A DNA stretch of 64,000 nucleotides from Ignavibacteriota bacterium (GCA_963727825.1 CAVSHO010000009.1:672001-736000), one strand, 5' to 3'; shown: positions 9,945 to 22,795, counted from the first letter of the stretch. Numbers and translations: made by a program. Notes: generated from the letters alone by a model not told the origin.

Positions 9945-11526
9945 TTATTTGATATTTTTTGCCTTATGATTTAACAAATGATAACTGATTGAGTCGACCA
10001 GCGCTTTCCAGCTTGCTTCAACTACATCCGGAGATACGCCGACCGTATTCCATGATGATTCACTATTTTTGGTCTCAATAAGTACACGCACTTTTGCCGC
10101 CGTTGCGTTTTGTGAGTCAAGCACACGCACCTTGTAATCGGTTAAATGAATCTCACTGAGTTCCGGATAAAATTTTTCAAGTGCCTTTCGCAGCGCCTTA
10201 TCAAGTGCATTGACCGGCCCATCGCCTTCAGCTGCAGTAATTTCAGTTTCATCACCTACGCGTATTTTAATAAGCGCCTCAGACCGCGCGTCTTTTTCAA
10301 GATCATCCTTCTGGATACTTACCTTAAATCGTTCTAAATCAAAGAAGTGTTTCATTTCTCCGGTATGCCGCTTCACCATTAACTCAAAAGATCCTTCGGC
10401 ATCTTCATAACTGTAACCGTAGTGTTCCATTTCTTTGATTTCATCAACAATTTTTTGTACAGCAGGAGATTTTTCGTCAAGCTTCACGCCTAATTCTTTC
10501 ACTTTGAAGAGGACATTACTTCGTCCCGAAAGATCTGAAATGAGAACCCGGCGTACGCTGCCAACTGTTTCCGGTACGATATGTTCATAGGTGAGTGCAG
10601 TTTTCATTACGGCACTGACGTGAACACCGCCTTTGTGGGCAAATGCACTCTCGCCGACGAATGGAAGATTCTTCTGATGTTTCATGTTTGCCAGTTCACT
10701 CACGTACCGTGAAACGCTTGTAAGATGTTGCAGCTGTTCATCCGTAATACAGCTATAGCCCATTTTTAATTGAAGATCGGGTATAATTGTACATAGGTTG
10801 GCATTCCCGCACCGCTCACCATAGCCGTTGATCGTTCCCTGGACTTGAACGCATCCTTCACGTACCGCTATCAACGAACTTGCGACTGCGGTTCCAGAAT
10901 CGTTATGAGTGTGAATACCAAGCGGAGTAGAGATACTTTTTTTGACTTCGCACACAATCTCTGCTATTTCCCATGGCAGGGTTCCGCCATTGGTGTCGCA
11001 CAAAACAAGAATTTCTGCACCCGCCTTGGCAGCAGCAGTTAATGTCTGTAAGGCATATGCTTTATTCATGTTTATACCCGTCGAAGAAATGTTCTGCATC
11101 GTAGATCACTTCTTTTCCGTGTTTCTTAAGATATGCTACGGAGTCGTTGATGATTGCCAAATTTTCTTCAGGTGAAATTTGTAGCGCTTCTTTGACATGG
11201 AGCAGCCAGCTTTTGCCGAAAATGGTGACGACCGGTGTCTGAGCATCCAACAGAGCGCAAATATTCTCATCTTTCTCGACAGGATTTTTTGCACGTCGTG
11301 TAGAACCAAACGCCACGATTTTTGCATGTAAAAATTTAGTGCTGCGGGCACGTTTGAAGAATTCCATATCTTTTGGATTCGAACCAGGCCAGCCGCCTTC
11401 GATATACGACACACCAAACGCATCAAGCCGTTTGGCAATCTTTATCTTATCTTCGGCAGAGAAAGAGATCTCTTCCCCTTGTGTGCCGTCGCGCAGTGTT
11501 GTATCATACAGAAATATTTTTTTCAT
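9945..11526 (-). pseudogene. cimA: Citramalate synthase, split by a one-base insertion near 11065-11070 (true pseudogene or sequencing error)
   Basis: 5' ORF has [33 protein letters not shown]. 3' ORF continues NKAYALQTL...LCDTNGG...HTHND...GERCGNA...HKGGVH. Removing one base from TAT AAA CAT G AAT AAA joins the two frames. Confidence 0.88.
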
Positions 11527-11564
11527 AGATGACCTTTGAACGATCTATGGTTTATTGCATTCTT

Positions 11565-11592
11565 GTAGAGACATTCAATTGAATGTCTCTAC
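11565..11592. repeat. Perfect 28-bp palindrome, GTAG-type REP-like element
   Basis: GTAGAGACATTCAA|TTGAATGTCTCTAC in the ilvC-cimA intergenic space. Confidence 0.7.
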
Positions 11593-11601
11593 TTATTGAT
11601 T

Positions 11602-12702
11602 TTAATTCTGTCCTCGTCCACCGATTCCTTTGACGCCTTTGGAAATATCTTTTGCTTTCTCTTTAGGACGTAGCGCACGAACAGCAGCACCGGCGCGCCA
11701 CATTTCGGAATTATGGATCTCTCCAAGTTTTTTTGACAGATACTTCTGATAATCTTTGCCGCCACAATCGCGAATCACTTCACGAGTTTCCTGTCCGCTC
11801 TTAACGGATTTGTAGAGCTTCTCGAATACTGGAAGGTTTATCTTACGGAAAATCGGCCTCCATTTGAGCGCTCCATGCTGAGCGGTAACGGAACAGTTGG
11901 AATACATCCAATCCATTCCATTCTCATCAACGAGCCGGATAAGACTTTGTGTAAGTTCTTCGACTGTTTCGTTGAAAGCTTCCGACGGTGAATGTCCGTT
12001 CTTGCGAAGCACATCATACTGTGCTTGCATGATACCTGCGAGCGCACCCATCAGAACTCCACGTTCGCCAGTAAGATCACTATAAACTTCCTTCAGAAAG
12101 GTTGTAGGGAATAAATAGCCCGAGCCGACTGCAATTCCAATAGCCAGGCAGCGTTCTTCTGCGTGTCCGGTTGCATCCTGGAAAACACCATAACTGGAAT
12201 TGATGCCTGCGCCAGATAGAAAATTTCGGCGGACGTTGAGACCGGATCCTTTAGGGGCAACCAGGATCACGTCAACGCTTTTCTGGGGAACCACACCAGT
12301 TTGTTCTTTATATGTAATGGAGAATCCATGTGAAAAGTACAGCGCATCTCCTGATTTGAGATTCTTTTTAACCGTCGGCCAAATTACACGTTGAGCTGCA
12401 TCAGATACCAGCATCATAACAATAGTTCCACGTTGAACTGCTTCCTCAATCGGGAAAAGTGTTTTGCCTGGAACCCAACCGTCTTTCACCGCACGATTCC
12501 AATCTTTCTTATATTCTTTTGCCTGGCCAACAATTACCTTAATGCCGTTGTCTTTCATGTTCAGCGCCTGAGCAGGCCCTTGAACACCGTAACCAATGAC
12601 GGCCACAGTTTCTTTTCTTAGAACTTTGCGTGCTTTTGCAAGTGTAAATTCCTTTCTGGTAACAACTTTCTCTTTGTTTCCACCAAAATCGATAATTGTC
12701 AT
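11602..12702 (-). CDS. ilvC: Ketol-acid reductoisomerase
   Basis: IGYGVQG, FSHGF, VAPKGSG, SDLTGERG. Confidence 0.96.
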   Translation of the reverse strand: MTIIDFGGNKEKVVTRKEFTLAKARKVLRKETVAVIGYGVQGPAQALNMKDNGIKVIVGQAKEYKKDWNRAVKDGWVPGKTLFPIEEAVQRGTIVMMLVSDAAQRVIWPTVKKNLKSGDALYFSHGFSITYKEQTGVVPQKSVDVILVAPKGSGLNVRRNFLSGAGINSSYGVFQDATGHAEERCLAIGIAVGSGYLFPTTFLKEVYSDLTGERGVLMGALAGIMQAQYDVLRKNGHSPSEAFNETVEELTQSLIRLVDENGMDWMYSNCSVTAQHGALKWRPIFRKINLPVFEKLYKSVKSGQETREVIRDCGGKDYQKYLSKKLGEIHNSEMWRAGAAVRALRPKEKAKDISKGVKGIGGRGQN

Positions 12703-12748
12703 TTTTTTCTCCTTATTTAGAATGATTGCTTTTTTATTTTCACAATTC

Positions 12749-14170
12749 CTATGGTAAATTTGAAAATCCCATTAAATGAATATCTATTGCACGAGCAGCT
12801 TTTCGCCCTTCTGCAATTGCCCATACGACTAACGATTGACCCCGCCGCATGTCACCTGCTGCAAATACTTCAGGGACAGAAGTCATGTAATTTTCGTCAG
12901 TGGAAATATTCCCGCGGGAATCGAGCGCAACACCCAACTCATCAAGCAGTCCGCTCTTCGTCGGGCCAATGAATCCCATTGCGATAAGTACAAGATCTAC
13001 ATTAATAGAAAATTCAGATCCTGGAACAGGTTTAAAATCGGGGGCAGGACCAACACGTACGGCATGCAGTTTTTTAACATTGCCTTCAGCATCGCCTTCG
13101 AAACGAGTTGTTGCAATGGACCAATCTCGTATACCACCTTCTTCGTGAGCACTTTCTGTACGCAATTGCAACGGCCATAGCGGCCACGGCGTGCTGGGAG
13201 AACGGTCAACCGGAGGTTTAGGCATAATTTCAAATTGGTGAACTGATTTCGCCTTTTGCCGATGAACGGTACCAAGACAGTCAGCGCCGGTATCTCCACC
13301 GCCAAGAATTATCACCTGCTTGCCGGTTGCAAGAATTTCTTCTGCCGGATTAACAATCGTGCCGCCAACACGCTTATTTTGCTGCGTGAGAAAATCCATT
13401 GCAAAGTGGATTCCTTTTAATTCACGCCCCGGCACTTTTAGATCACGCGGTGATTCAGAGCCACCGCATAAAAGTATTGCATTATACGAGCGCTGCAATT
13501 CATCAGATGCAATATTGACTCCGACATGGGCTTTAGTCGCAAACACAATTCCTTCTGCTTGCATAATCTCAATACGCCGATCCAATTGATATTTTTCCAA
13601 TTTGAAATCAGGAATTCCATATCGCATTAACCCACCGATGCGATCGTTTTTCTCATACACTGTTACATGGTGTCCAGCTCGATTCAATTGCTGTGATGCT
13701 GCAAGTCCTGCCGGCCCCGATCCAACCACAGCAATCGTTTTCCCAGTCCGTACCGCAGGACGCTCAGCCCTGATCCACCCTTCGCGGAACGCAACATCAA
13801 TAATTGATTGCTCAATCGCCTTGATAGCAACAGACGGTTCATTGATACCCAACACGCATGCGGCCTCGCACGGTGCCGGGCAAATGCGTCCGGTAAATTC
13901 CGGAAAATTATTTGTCGAGTGCAAAATACGTATCGCTTCTTTCCATCGATTGCGGTACACAAGATCATTCCAATGTGGAATAACATTGTTTAGCGGACAC
14001 CCTTGATGACAGAACGGAATTCCGCAATCCATACAGCGCGCACCTTGTGTACGTACTTTTTGGCCGGTAAATTCTTGATAGACATCTTTCCAATCTCGGA
14101 TACGCTCTGCAACCGGCCGACGCGCCGGCGTTTCGCGCTTAAATTCTAAAAATCCGGTCGGCTTACCCAC
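12749..14170 (-). CDS. gltD: Glutamate synthase small subunit
   Basis: (M)GKPTGF start at GTG 14170, [41 protein letters not shown]. Confidence 0.96.
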   Translation of the reverse strand: MGKPTGFLEFKRETPARRPVAERIRDWKDVYQEFTGQKVRTQGARCMDCGIPFCHQGCPLNNVIPHWNDLVYRNRWKEAIRILHSTNNFPEFTGRICPAPCEAACVLGINEPSVAIKAIEQSIIDVAFREGWIRAERPAVRTGKTIAVVGSGPAGLAASQQLNRAGHHVTVYEKNDRIGGLMRYGIPDFKLEKYQLDRRIEIMQAEGIVFATKAHVGVNIASDELQRSYNAILLCGGSESPRDLKVPGRELKGIHFAMDFLTQQNKRVGGTIVNPAEEILATGKQVIILGGGDTGADCLGTVHRQKAKSVHQFEIMPKPPVDRSPSTPWPLWPLQLRTESAHEEGGIRDWSIATTRFEGDAEGNVKKLHAVRVGPAPDFKPVPGSEFSINVDLVLIAMGFIGPTKSGLLDELGVALDSRGNISTDENYMTSVPEVFAAGDMRRGQSLVVWAIAEGRKAARAIDIHLMGFSNLP

Positions 14171-17100
14171 GGGATACCTCATTGACAACCGTTGTTGATG
14201 TTTTTTTATTTATAGACTCATTTGTTGCAATGCCTAATACTCTTTTATAGTCATGTGGAAATACTTTTACAAACTTTTTTACATGCTGTTGCCATTGATC
14301 AAGAATAAATCGTGCGCGTGGGCTTGCAGTGTATTCAAAATGTTTTTCTACAAGTTTTCGAACCGTTTCTTCATCCTGTGCATCAAGTGGATCAACATCA
14401 ACCATGGATCGGTTGCATAATGTTGCAGAAAATTCACCGGATTCATCGAGCACATACGCAAAACCGCCTGACATCCCTGCCGCAAAATTCTTCCCTGTTG
14501 AGCCAAGGACAACTACTATGCCGTTAGTCATATATTCGCAGCCGTGAGCACCAACCGATTCTACAACAGCAGTTGCGCCAGAGTTGCGGATAGCAAAACG
14601 TTCGCCTGCTTTTCCATTGAAGTACGCTTCGCCGCTTATTGCTCCATAGAGAACAACATTTCCGACTACCGTATTTTCCTCTGGTATGCATTTCGATCTA
14701 TGCGGCGGATGAATGATAAGTTTCCCTCCTGACAGGCCTTTTCCTGTATAGTCGTTGGCATCCCCTTCAAGCATTAAGGTGATACCGTGTGCGAGAAATG
14801 CACCAAAACTCTGGCCCGCAGAACCGGAAAAATTAATCTTAATAGTATTATCCGGCAATCCAGCAGAACCATACTTCCTGGCAATCTCGCCACTGAGCAT
14901 TGCACCTACCGTCCGATGAACGTTTCGAATTGGAAGATCAAATTCGATCGGTGCTGCATTTTCAATTGCAGACTTTGCTTTTTCAATCAATTGGTGATCG
15001 AGCACATCATTCAGTCCATGATCTTGCAGAGTTTGACTACGGCGGCCAAATCGTGACGGTGCCGGAGGATTATGCAGAAGGAACGATAGATCAACATATT
15101 TTGCTTTCCAATGCTTGACGTCTTTTCTAGGTTCCAGCATATCTACACGCCCAACCATTTCATCAATCGTTCTAAATCCAAGCTTTGCCATAATCTCTCG
15201 CAATTCTTCGGCAACGAAGAAAAAGAAATTGATAACATGTTCCGGAGTTCCCACAAACTTTTCACGCAACGCCGGATCTTGTGTTGCAATGCCTACCGGA
15301 CATGTATTAAGATGGCATTTTCGCATCATAAGGCAGCCCATTGAAATTAATGGCATGGTCGAAAAGCCAAATTCTTCTGCACCTAATAATGACGCAATAG
15401 CAACATCGCGTCCTGTTTGTAATTTTCCATCAGTCTGCAAACGGACACGGCTGCGCAAGTCGTTCAATACAAGCACCTGTTGTGCTTCCGCAAGTCCTAT
15501 TTCCCAAGGAATGCCGGCATGTTTGATAGATGATAACGGCGATGCTCCAGTACCACCTGAATCGCCGCTGATAAGAATCGAATCTGCATGCGCCTTCGCA
15601 ACACCAGCAGCGACTGTACCGACTCCATTTTCCGAAACAAGTTTCACCGAAATGCGAGCGTGCGGATTCACATTTTTCATGTCGAAAATTAATTGCGCCA
15701 AGTCTTCGATAGAATAAATATCGTGATGCGGTGGCGGCGAAATAAGTTGTACGCCCTGAATAGAGTGGCGTGTTCTCGCAATGATGGCATCTACTTTGTG
15801 ACCGGGAAGCTGTCCGCCCTCACCGGGTTTTGCGCCTTGAGCTATTTTAATCTGGATTTCATCTGCATTTACCAAATAGTTTGCGGAAACACCAAACCGA
15901 CCAGAGGCAATTTGTTTAATAGCGCTCCGGCGAAGGTTTCCGTCGGCATCAGGTTTAAAACGTTCTTCATCTTCGCCGCCTTCGCCTGTGTTCGATCTGG
16001 CACCCATGCGGTTCATTGCAACAGCGAGTGTCTCATGCGCTTCTTTACTGATAGAACCGTAAGACATTGCTCCTGTAACGAATCGTTTGACAATTTCTTT
16101 TTCCTGTTCTACTTCTTCTATTGGAACAGCGCGTGTTCCTTTCTTGAATTCCATTAGTCCGCGCAGATTATACAATCCTCCATCCTGATTATTGAGATGC
16201 TGCGCATATTCCTTATAACTTTTTTTGTCCGAAAATCGTACTGCTTGCTGGAGCTTCGTGATGGTTGATGGATTCACCATATGCCGTTCACCGTTAATGC
16301 GGAAGTAATAATTCCCGCCGAGATCAAGCTCTGTATCGGCACCGGTGAGCTTCCGGAATGCAAAGTCGTGTTTCATTTTTGCTTCCTGCGCTATCACACT
16401 CAATCCGATACCCCCGATGCGCGATGAGATACCTGTGAAATATTTTTCTACAAGTTCCTTTCCCAGGCCGATTGCTTCAAACACCTGCGCACCCTGATAA
16501 CTTTGTAGTGTGGAAATACCCATTTTCGACATAGTTTTGAGTATTCCCTTATTCACGGCTTTTTTATAATTGTAAACTGCTTTTTCAAGTGTAAGACCTT
16601 CCGGAAAATATTCGCGATTTGAAAGTTCTTCCAATGTTTCGAAAGCAAGATACGGATTGACCGCGCTTGCACCAAATCCGATTAGCAGGCAGTAATGCAT
16701 CACTTCACGCGGCTCGCCGGATTCAACAACCAGTGCTACTTGCGTACGAGTTTTTTCCCGGACGAGATGGTTATGCACCGCAGTCAATGCCAGCAAACTC
16801 GGAATCGCTGCATATTCTTCATCAATTCCACGATCAGAAAGAATAATAATGGTGTATCCTGATTTAATCGCCAATGACGCGCGGCGGCAAAGTCCGTCTA
16901 ATGCACGTTCAAGTTCCTTTTCTCCGCCATCAACCCGGAAGAGCATCGGCAGCATCGTGGCAAGAAAATCCCCCTGTGAGACACGACGCATTTTTTCCAG
17001 ATCGCGGTTGGTCAGTATCGGTTCCGGCAGTTTCAGTGTATGGCAATGTTGAGGCGTTTCTTCCAGTAAGTTACCTTCCGTTCCAATATAACTTGTCAGC

Positions 17101-18722
17101 GACATTACTAGTTCTTCGCGGATCGAGTCAATCGGCGGATTCGTGACCTGGGCAAAATTCTGTTTAAAGTAATTGAACAATGACTGCGGTTTATCCGACA
17201 AGCATGCCAGCGGTGTATCCGCACCCATCGAACCGACAGGTTCCTGTCCCTCTACTGCCATCGGGACCATTATCATCCGAATATCTTCGTCGGTGTACCC
17301 GAACGCACGCTGCCGTTTCAGTAAATCTTCCGGGCTAAAACCGATCTCGCGTGGAGGTTCAGCCAGCTGATCCAGCCGGATTTGATTTTCTTGAATCCAT
17401 TGAGCATAAGGCTGACGCTTTGCAAGCCTGGCTTTAATCTCTTCATCTGGAATAATTCTCTTTTCTGTCAAATCAGCAAGCAGCATGTTGCCCGGTTCCA
17501 GGCATCCTTTGTGTTTTACATTTTCCGGTTCAATGTCCAATACGCCCGCCTCTGACGCCATGATTAGAAAATTATCATGCGTTACTAGAAAACGTGCAGG
17601 ACGGAGTCCGTTCCGATCAAGCGTTGCACCAATAACCCGCCCATCAGTAAATGCGACAGCTGCAGGACCGTCCCACGGCTCCATCAATGATGCATGGTAT
17701 TCATAAAATGCGCGTTTCTCCGTCGACATTCCGGTATCCGCATCCCAAGCTTCAGGAATAAGAATTGTCATTGCATGAGGAAGACTGCGCCCACTCATCG
17801 TTATTAGTTCTACTGCATTATCCAATGCCGCAGAGTCGCTTACAGCAGGCTGGATAATGGGGAATAATTTTTCGATTTCATCACCAAATACTGCCGACTT
17901 CAGTACCGATTGGCGCGCGTGCATCCAGTTCACATTACCGCGTAAAGTATTAATCTCTCCATTATGACAAATATACCGGAATGGATGTGCAAGCTGCCAA
18001 CTTGGAAACGTATTCGTTGAGAACCTCTGATGCACAAGACAGAGAGCGCTCATCGTATCAGGATCCGATAATTCTTTATAGAAACGTGCAATCTGCGGCG
18101 CTATCAGTAATCCTTTATAAATAATGGTATAAGACGAAAGTGATGGAACATAAAAGAAATTTTTATTCTGGATATTCGACGTTGCAATTTCCAATTCGGC
18201 GCGTTTCCGAATAATGTACAGTTTACGTTCAAATTCTTCGCGGGTTATACCGGTGGCAGTTCGAATAAATACTTGTTCGATATACGGCTGTGATACGCGT
18301 GCAACACGGCCGATAGCATCTGCATCAAGTGGAGTATCACGCCACCCGAGCATACTCAATCCTTCTTCCTGCACAATTCGTTCGATGATGGCTTCGCATT
18401 CAAAACGCGGCTGAGGTTCAACCGGCAGAAACAACATTCCAACGCCATATTCACCTTCAGGTGGCAGCGTAAAACCAATTTTCTCGCATTCTCTTGTAAA
18501 AAACTTATATGGAATCTGTATGGTAATACCCGCACCATCTCCTGTTTTTGGATCAGAACCGCTTGCACCGCGATGTGCAAGGTTCACCAATATCTGGATC
18601 CCTTTCATAATGGTTTCATGCGAACGTTCAGCGTTCACATTAACGATAAAACCGATTCCGCATGCATCGTGTTCATTACGCGGATCATACAATGGAAAAT
18701 TTTTTAACACTGTTGGAGTCAT
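14163..18722 (-). CDS. gltB: Glutamate synthase large subunit
   Basis: [51 protein letters not shown]. Confidence 0.98.
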   Translation of the reverse strand: MTPTVLKNFPLYDPRNEHDACGIGFIVNVNAERSHETIMKGIQILVNLAHRGASGSDPKTGDGAGITIQIPYKFFTRECEKIGFTLPPEGEYGVGMLFLPVEPQPRFECEAIIERIVQEEGLSMLGWRDTPLDADAIGRVARVSQPYIEQVFIRTATGITREEFERKLYIIRKRAELEIATSNIQNKNFFYVPSLSSYTIIYKGLLIAPQIARFYKELSDPDTMSALCLVHQRFSTNTFPSWQLAHPFRYICHNGEINTLRGNVNWMHARQSVLKSAVFGDEIEKLFPIIQPAVSDSAALDNAVELITMSGRSLPHAMTILIPEAWDADTGMSTEKRAFYEYHASLMEPWDGPAAVAFTDGRVIGATLDRNGLRPARFLVTHDNFLIMASEAGVLDIEPENVKHKGCLEPGNMLLADLTEKRIIPDEEIKARLAKRQPYAQWIQENQIRLDQLAEPPREIGFSPEDLLKRQRAFGYTDEDIRMIMVPMAVEGQEPVGSMGADTPLACLSDKPQSLFNYFKQNFAQVTNPPIDSIREELVMSLTSYIGTEGNLLEETPQHCHTLKLPEPILTNRDLEKMRRVSQGDFLATMLPMLFRVDGGEKELERALDGLCRRASLAIKSGYTIIILSDRGIDEEYAAIPSLLALTAVHNHLVREKTRTQVALVVESGEPREVMHYCLLIGFGASAVNPYLAFETLEELSNREYFPEGLTLEKAVYNYKKAVNKGILKTMSKMGISTLQSYQGAQVFEAIGLGKELVEKYFTGISSRIGGIGLSVIAQEAKMKHDFAFRKLTGADTELDLGGNYYFRINGERHMVNPSTITKLQQAVRFSDKKSYKEYAQHLNNQDGGLYNLRGLMEFKKGTRAVPIEEVEQEKEIVKRFVTGAMSYGSISKEAHETLAVAMNRMGARSNTGEGGEDEERFKPDADGNLRRSAIKQIASGRFGVSANYLVNADEIQIKIAQGAKPGEGGQLPGHKVDAIIARTRHSIQGVQLISPPPHHDIYSIEDLAQLIFDMKNVNPHARISVKLVSENGVGTVAAGVAKAHADSILISGDSGGTGASPLSSIKHAGIPWEIGLAEAQQVLVLNDLRSRVRLQTDGKLQTGRDVAIASLLGAEEFGFSTMPLISMGCLMMRKCHLNTCPVGIATQDPALREKFVGTPEHVINFFFFVAEELREIMAKLGFRTIDEMVGRVDMLEPRKDVKHWKAKYVDLSFLLHNPPAPSRFGRRSQTLQDHGLNDVLDHQLIEKAKSAIENAAPIEFDLPIRNVHRTVGAMLSGEIARKYGSAGLPDNTIKINFSGSAGQSFGAFLAHGITLMLEGDANDYTGKGLSGGKLIIHPPHRSKCIPEENTVVGNVVLYGAISGEAYFNGKAGERFAIRNSGATAVVESVGAHGCEYMTNGIVVVLGSTGKNFAAGMSGGFAYVLDESGEFSATLCNRSMVDVDPLDAQDEETVRKLVEKHFEYTASPRARFILDQWQQHVKKFVKVFPHDYKRVLGIATNESINKKTSTTVVNEVSRG

Positions 18723-18757
18723 ATCTGTCTATTTCTACCTCTTCATTTACTTGTAAG

Positions 18758-19276
18758 CTATGCCTCGCCTTGAAACTCTCTTTTAATCGCTACGCGACCT
18801 GTGCGTGCCAATTCTTTGATACCGAAGGGCTTAAGCATATTAATAATTGCATCCACCTTCAGCTGCGAGCCCGTCGCTTCAATAGTTAGTGTTTTTGGGC
18901 TGACATCCACTACTTTCGTGCGGAAAATTTCCGAGATCTGCATGATCTCCATCCGTGTTATTGGAGTGGATTGTACTTTTACTAACGCGAGTTCTCTATC
19001 GACAAATGTATCTTCTGTTAAATCTACTACCTTAATCGTATCGATCAGTTTGTGAAGCTGCTTCATGATTTGCTCGATGATCTGATCGTCACCGCGTGTC
19101 ACAATGGTCATGCGCGAGACAGCTTCATCTTCAGTCGGACCGACTGTGAGACTGTCAATATTGTACCCCTTCGCTGCAAAGAGTCCTGCAATTCTATTCA
19201 GTGTGCCAAAATGGTTCTCCACCGTCATTGAAATCGTATGCTGCTTAGATTGATCATTTGAAGTTGATGATGACAT
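18758..19276 (-). CDS. ilvN: Acetolactate synthase regulatory subunit
   Basis: ACT domain VENHFGTLNRIAGLF..KGYNIDSL, ELARTG. Confidence 0.95.
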   Translation of the reverse strand: MSSSTSNDQSKQHTISMTVENHFGTLNRIAGLFAAKGYNIDSLTVGPTEDEAVSRMTIVTRGDDQIIEQIMKQLHKLIDTIKVVDLTEDTFVDRELALVKVQSTPITRMEIMQISEIFRTKVVDVSPKTLTIEATGSQLKVDAIINMLKPFGIKELARTGRVAIKREFQGEA

Positions 19277-19303
19277 GGTGTTTTCTCCTGTTTTTCAACA
19301 ACA

Positions 19304-21064
19304 TTATCCTTTTGCATGAATCATCGTTTTATGGGTCGCATGGTTTTGTACCAGCGGTTCCGGACTATCCATTATTTCATTCACTGTCTGTCCTGCTGGA
19401 ATCATAGGATATACATTTTCTTCCGGCGCAACGACAAACTCTGTCAGCATAGGACCATCTTTATGCGCAAGCGCCTTATGGATTGCGTTTTCCACATCTG
19501 CCGGCGATGTAACACGCTGTGCTGGAATACCGTATGCTTCGGCTACCTTCACAAAGTCCGGACTCGTAATACGTGTATTCGAATACCTTTTCTTCCAAAA
19601 GAATTCCTGCCATTGGCGAACCATACCAAGAAATCCATTATTCATAACAAATATTTTCACGGGAAGCTTATTATGTGCAATGGTTTCCAATTCCTGAATA
19701 TTCATTTGAAAACCGCCGTCGCCACTTATGCAAAAAACCGGCAAGTCGTTCCTACCAAAAGCCGCACCCATCGACGCCGGGAGCGAAAATCCCATTGTTC
19801 CGAGTCCGCCCGATGTGATTTGCGTTCGCGGATGTTTCCATTTGAAAAACTGTGCTGTCCACATTTGCGATTGACCGACATCGGATACAACGATGGCATC
19901 GCCGTCTGTGATTTCACCAAGCTTATGAATAATATACTGAACACGAAGTGACCCGTCATGTTTATACCGTAATGGATGTTCAGCTTTCCATCCGTCAATA
20001 GTTTTTAACCACTCCTTTGTATTCAGTAGTTTTACAAATTCGTTTAAATGTTTGAGAACGCGTTTTACATCTCCGACGATGGGAACATCCACCGGAACAT
20101 TTTTGCTAATAGCAGACGGATCAATATCGATATGAATTCTTTTTGCGTTCTTTGCAAATTCCTTTACATTTCCGGTCACACGATCATCAAACCGAGCACC
20201 AATGGCAACAAGCACATCACACTGATCAACAGCCATATTAGAGTACCAGGTGCCATGCATGCCCAGCATACCGAGCGCCAGCTTACTTTGCTCAGGATAC
20301 ACACCCAATCCATGCAACGTCGTAGTGATCGGAGCGTGAAGTTTGTCTGCAAGTGCGCGAACCTCCGTGGATGCATTTGAACTGATAACACCGCCGCCGA
20401 CATATAAAAGAGGCCGTTTCGCTTCATTAAGAAGTTCTGCCGCCTTCTTGATTTGTCTAAGGTTTCCCTCCACAACTGGATTGTAACTGCGGAGCGAAAT
20501 CGTCTTAGGATATTCAAAAACCGCTTTCGCCGCAAGAACATCTTTCGGTAAATCAACAAGCACTGGACCTGGACGCCCTGTAGTGGCAATATAAAATGCT
20601 GCCTTAATAGTATTTGCCAGATCGTTGACATCTTTCACAAGATAATTATGTTTTGTTATCGGACGCGTGATGCCGACGATGTCCACTTCCTGAAACGCAT
20701 CGTTTCCAATGAGCTTCGTGACAACCTGGCCAGTAAACACAACAAGCGGTATCGAATCCATATAGGCATCGGCAATTCCGGTTACTGCATTTGTTGCGCC
20801 AGGACCAGATGTGACAAGTACAACGCCGGGCCTGCCAGTCGTTTTCGAATACCCCTCGGCGGCATGCGTTGCTCCTTGTTCGTGCCGCGTGAGAATGTGT
20901 TTGATGTGTGTAAGATCGTGAAGCACATCGTAAATGCCGATAACGACACCCCCTGGATACCCAAAAAGAGTATCGACGCCTTCCTCTACAAGGCATCGCA
21001 CAAAAATCTCTGCGCCTGTCATCAATTTTCCCTGATGATTGTCGTGTGCTTTTGTCGGGGTCAT
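19304..21064 (-). CDS. ilvB: Acetolactate synthase large subunit
   Basis: FGYPGG, RHEQGA, TSGPGATN, SGGLGTMG, GDGGFQMN TPP motif. Confidence 0.97.
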   Translation of the reverse strand: MTPTKAHDNHQGKLMTGAEIFVRCLVEEGVDTLFGYPGGVVIGIYDVLHDLTHIKHILTRHEQGATHAAEGYSKTTGRPGVVLVTSGPGATNAVTGIADAYMDSIPLVVFTGQVVTKLIGNDAFQEVDIVGITRPITKHNYLVKDVNDLANTIKAAFYIATTGRPGPVLVDLPKDVLAAKAVFEYPKTISLRSYNPVVEGNLRQIKKAAELLNEAKRPLLYVGGGVISSNASTEVRALADKLHAPITTTLHGLGVYPEQSKLALGMLGMHGTWYSNMAVDQCDVLVAIGARFDDRVTGNVKEFAKNAKRIHIDIDPSAISKNVPVDVPIVGDVKRVLKHLNEFVKLLNTKEWLKTIDGWKAEHPLRYKHDGSLRVQYIIHKLGEITDGDAIVVSDVGQSQMWTAQFFKWKHPRTQITSGGLGTMGFSLPASMGAAFGRNDLPVFCISGDGGFQMNIQELETIAHNKLPVKIFVMNNGFLGMVRQWQEFFWKKRYSNTRITSPDFVKVAEAYGIPAQRVTSPADVENAIHKALAHKDGPMLTEFVVAPEENVYPMIPAGQTVNEIMDSPEPLVQNHATHKTMIHAKG

Positions 21065-21111
21065 AACCTTATTCCTGAATTAATTGTTAGATGTAAAAAG
21101 TAATTTCTTCT

Positions 21112-22782
21112 TTAACTTCTCAGCATTGCGCCCGTGTTGGCACTGGTCACAAAATGCGAATATCGCCGCAGCCATTTGCTTGTTGTGCGCGGTTTGAATT
21201 CCGGCAGAGATGCAATACGCGAACGGATTTCTTCATCGCTCAGGCGCACGTTCAATGTACGTGCATCCAGATCGATATCTATTGTGTCGCCTGCGCGTAA
21301 TGCAGCAATGGGACCGCCGCTTGCCGCCTCTGGTGAAACGTGTCCGATGCATGCGCCGCGCGTTCCGCCTGAAAAACGTCCATCAGTAATGAGCGCAACT
21401 TTATCTCCCAGTCCCATTCCCATAATAGTTGATGTGGGGGAAAGCATTTCTTGCATACCAGGTCCGCCGCGGGGTCCTTCATATCGGATCACGACAACAT
21501 CGCCAGCTTGAACCTTTCCGGCAAGAATGCCTGCCTGTGCATCTTCCTGACTATCAAAAATTTTCGCCGGACCGCTATGCTTACGCATGGAGGCAGAAAC
21601 ACCAGCAGTTTTGATAACCGCACCTTCGGGCGCAAGGTTTCCGAAAAGAATCGCCAGGCCGCCTTTTTGTGAATGTGGATTTTCTACTGAACGAATAACT
21701 TCTGCGTTCTTCACTTTTGCTTTTGCAATAATACTGCGCAATGTTTTTCCGCTCACGGTCAACCGATCAAGATGAAGCAGATCATCCTCTTTGCGTGTTA
21801 CTTCATGGAGAATTGCAGGAACGCCGCCTGCTTTGTGCAAATCTTCGATATGCCAGGGACCGGATGGACTGATTTTTGACAAATGCGGAATCCTATCAGC
21901 CACTTCATTGATACGCGAAAGCGGATAATCTATTCCGGCTTCGTTGCAGAATGCAAGCGTGTGCAGCACTGTGTTGGTACTTCCACCCATCGCCATATCC
22001 AATGCAAAAGCATCATCGATCGCGTCCTTGGTGACGATATCGCGGGGTCTGATGTTCTTTTCAATCAATTTCATGATTATTTTTCCTGCTTCCTTCGTGA
22101 GATCGTTCCGCTGTTTGCTTTTCGCAAGAGCTGTGCCGTTAAAGGGCAGCGCCAGTCCGATAACTTCTAAGAGACAGTTCATGGAGTTCGCTGTGAAAAG
22201 TCCCGAACAGGAACCGCAGGACGGGCAGGCAAATTTTTCAAGTATCTTTAATCGCTTTTCATCTATCGTACCGGATTTATACTCGCCGACTCCTTCAAAC
22301 ACGGAAATCAGATCGACTGTTTTGCCATCGGGGGTTTTTCCGGCTTTCATCGCTCCGCCAGTGACAAAAAAAGTGGGGATATTCGTACGGAGAGCGCCCA
22401 TGACCATACCGGGAACAATTTTATCGCAGTTTGGTATGCAAACCATGCCATCGAAAGCATGCGCCTCAATCATCGTTTCTACACAATCGGCAATTAGTTC
22501 ACGTGAAGGCAAGCTGTATTTCATTCCGACATGCCCCATCGCAATGCCATCGTCAACAGCGATTGTGTTAAACTCGAATGGTACACCACCAGCCGCGCGG
22601 ATAGCGTTCTTTACTAACTTTCCGAATGCCTGTAAGTGCACGTGGCCTGGCACGATATCCGTGTAGGAATTCGCAACAGCAATAAACGGCTTGCCAAAGT
22701 CTTCCTCTTTTACGCCAGTTGCTCGAAGAAGAGCCCGGTGCGGTGCTCGTTCAAAACCTTTTTTAATTTGATCGCTACGCAT
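21112..22782 (-). CDS. ilvD: Dihydroxy-acid dehydratase
   Basis: [47 protein letters not shown]. Confidence 0.97.
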   Translation of the reverse strand: MRSDQIKKGFERAPHRALLRATGVKEEDFGKPFIAVANSYTDIVPGHVHLQAFGKLVKNAIRAAGGVPFEFNTIAVDDGIAMGHVGMKYSLPSRELIADCVETMIEAHAFDGMVCIPNCDKIVPGMVMGALRTNIPTFFVTGGAMKAGKTPDGKTVDLISVFEGVGEYKSGTIDEKRLKILEKFACPSCGSCSGLFTANSMNCLLEVIGLALPFNGTALAKSKQRNDLTKEAGKIIMKLIEKNIRPRDIVTKDAIDDAFALDMAMGGSTNTVLHTLAFCNEAGIDYPLSRINEVADRIPHLSKISPSGPWHIEDLHKAGGVPAILHEVTRKEDDLLHLDRLTVSGKTLRSIIAKAKVKNAEVIRSVENPHSQKGGLAILFGNLAPEGAVIKTAGVSASMRKHSGPAKIFDSQEDAQAGILAGKVQAGDVVVIRYEGPRGGPGMQEMLSPTSTIMGMGLGDKVALITDGRFSGGTRGACIGHVSPEAASGGPIAALRAGDTIDIDLDARTLNVRLSDEEIRSRIASLPEFKPRTTSKWLRRYSHFVTSANTGAMLRS

Positions 22783-22795
22783 AATTCATTCCTTT

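Noticed and set aside
21944-22666. 240-aa plus-strand ORF, and many similar 60-210 aa ORFs opposite ilvD, ilvB, gltB, nifJ, leuC and the dcw genes
   Set aside because: Antisense shadows of well-conserved genes, with no recognisable motifs.
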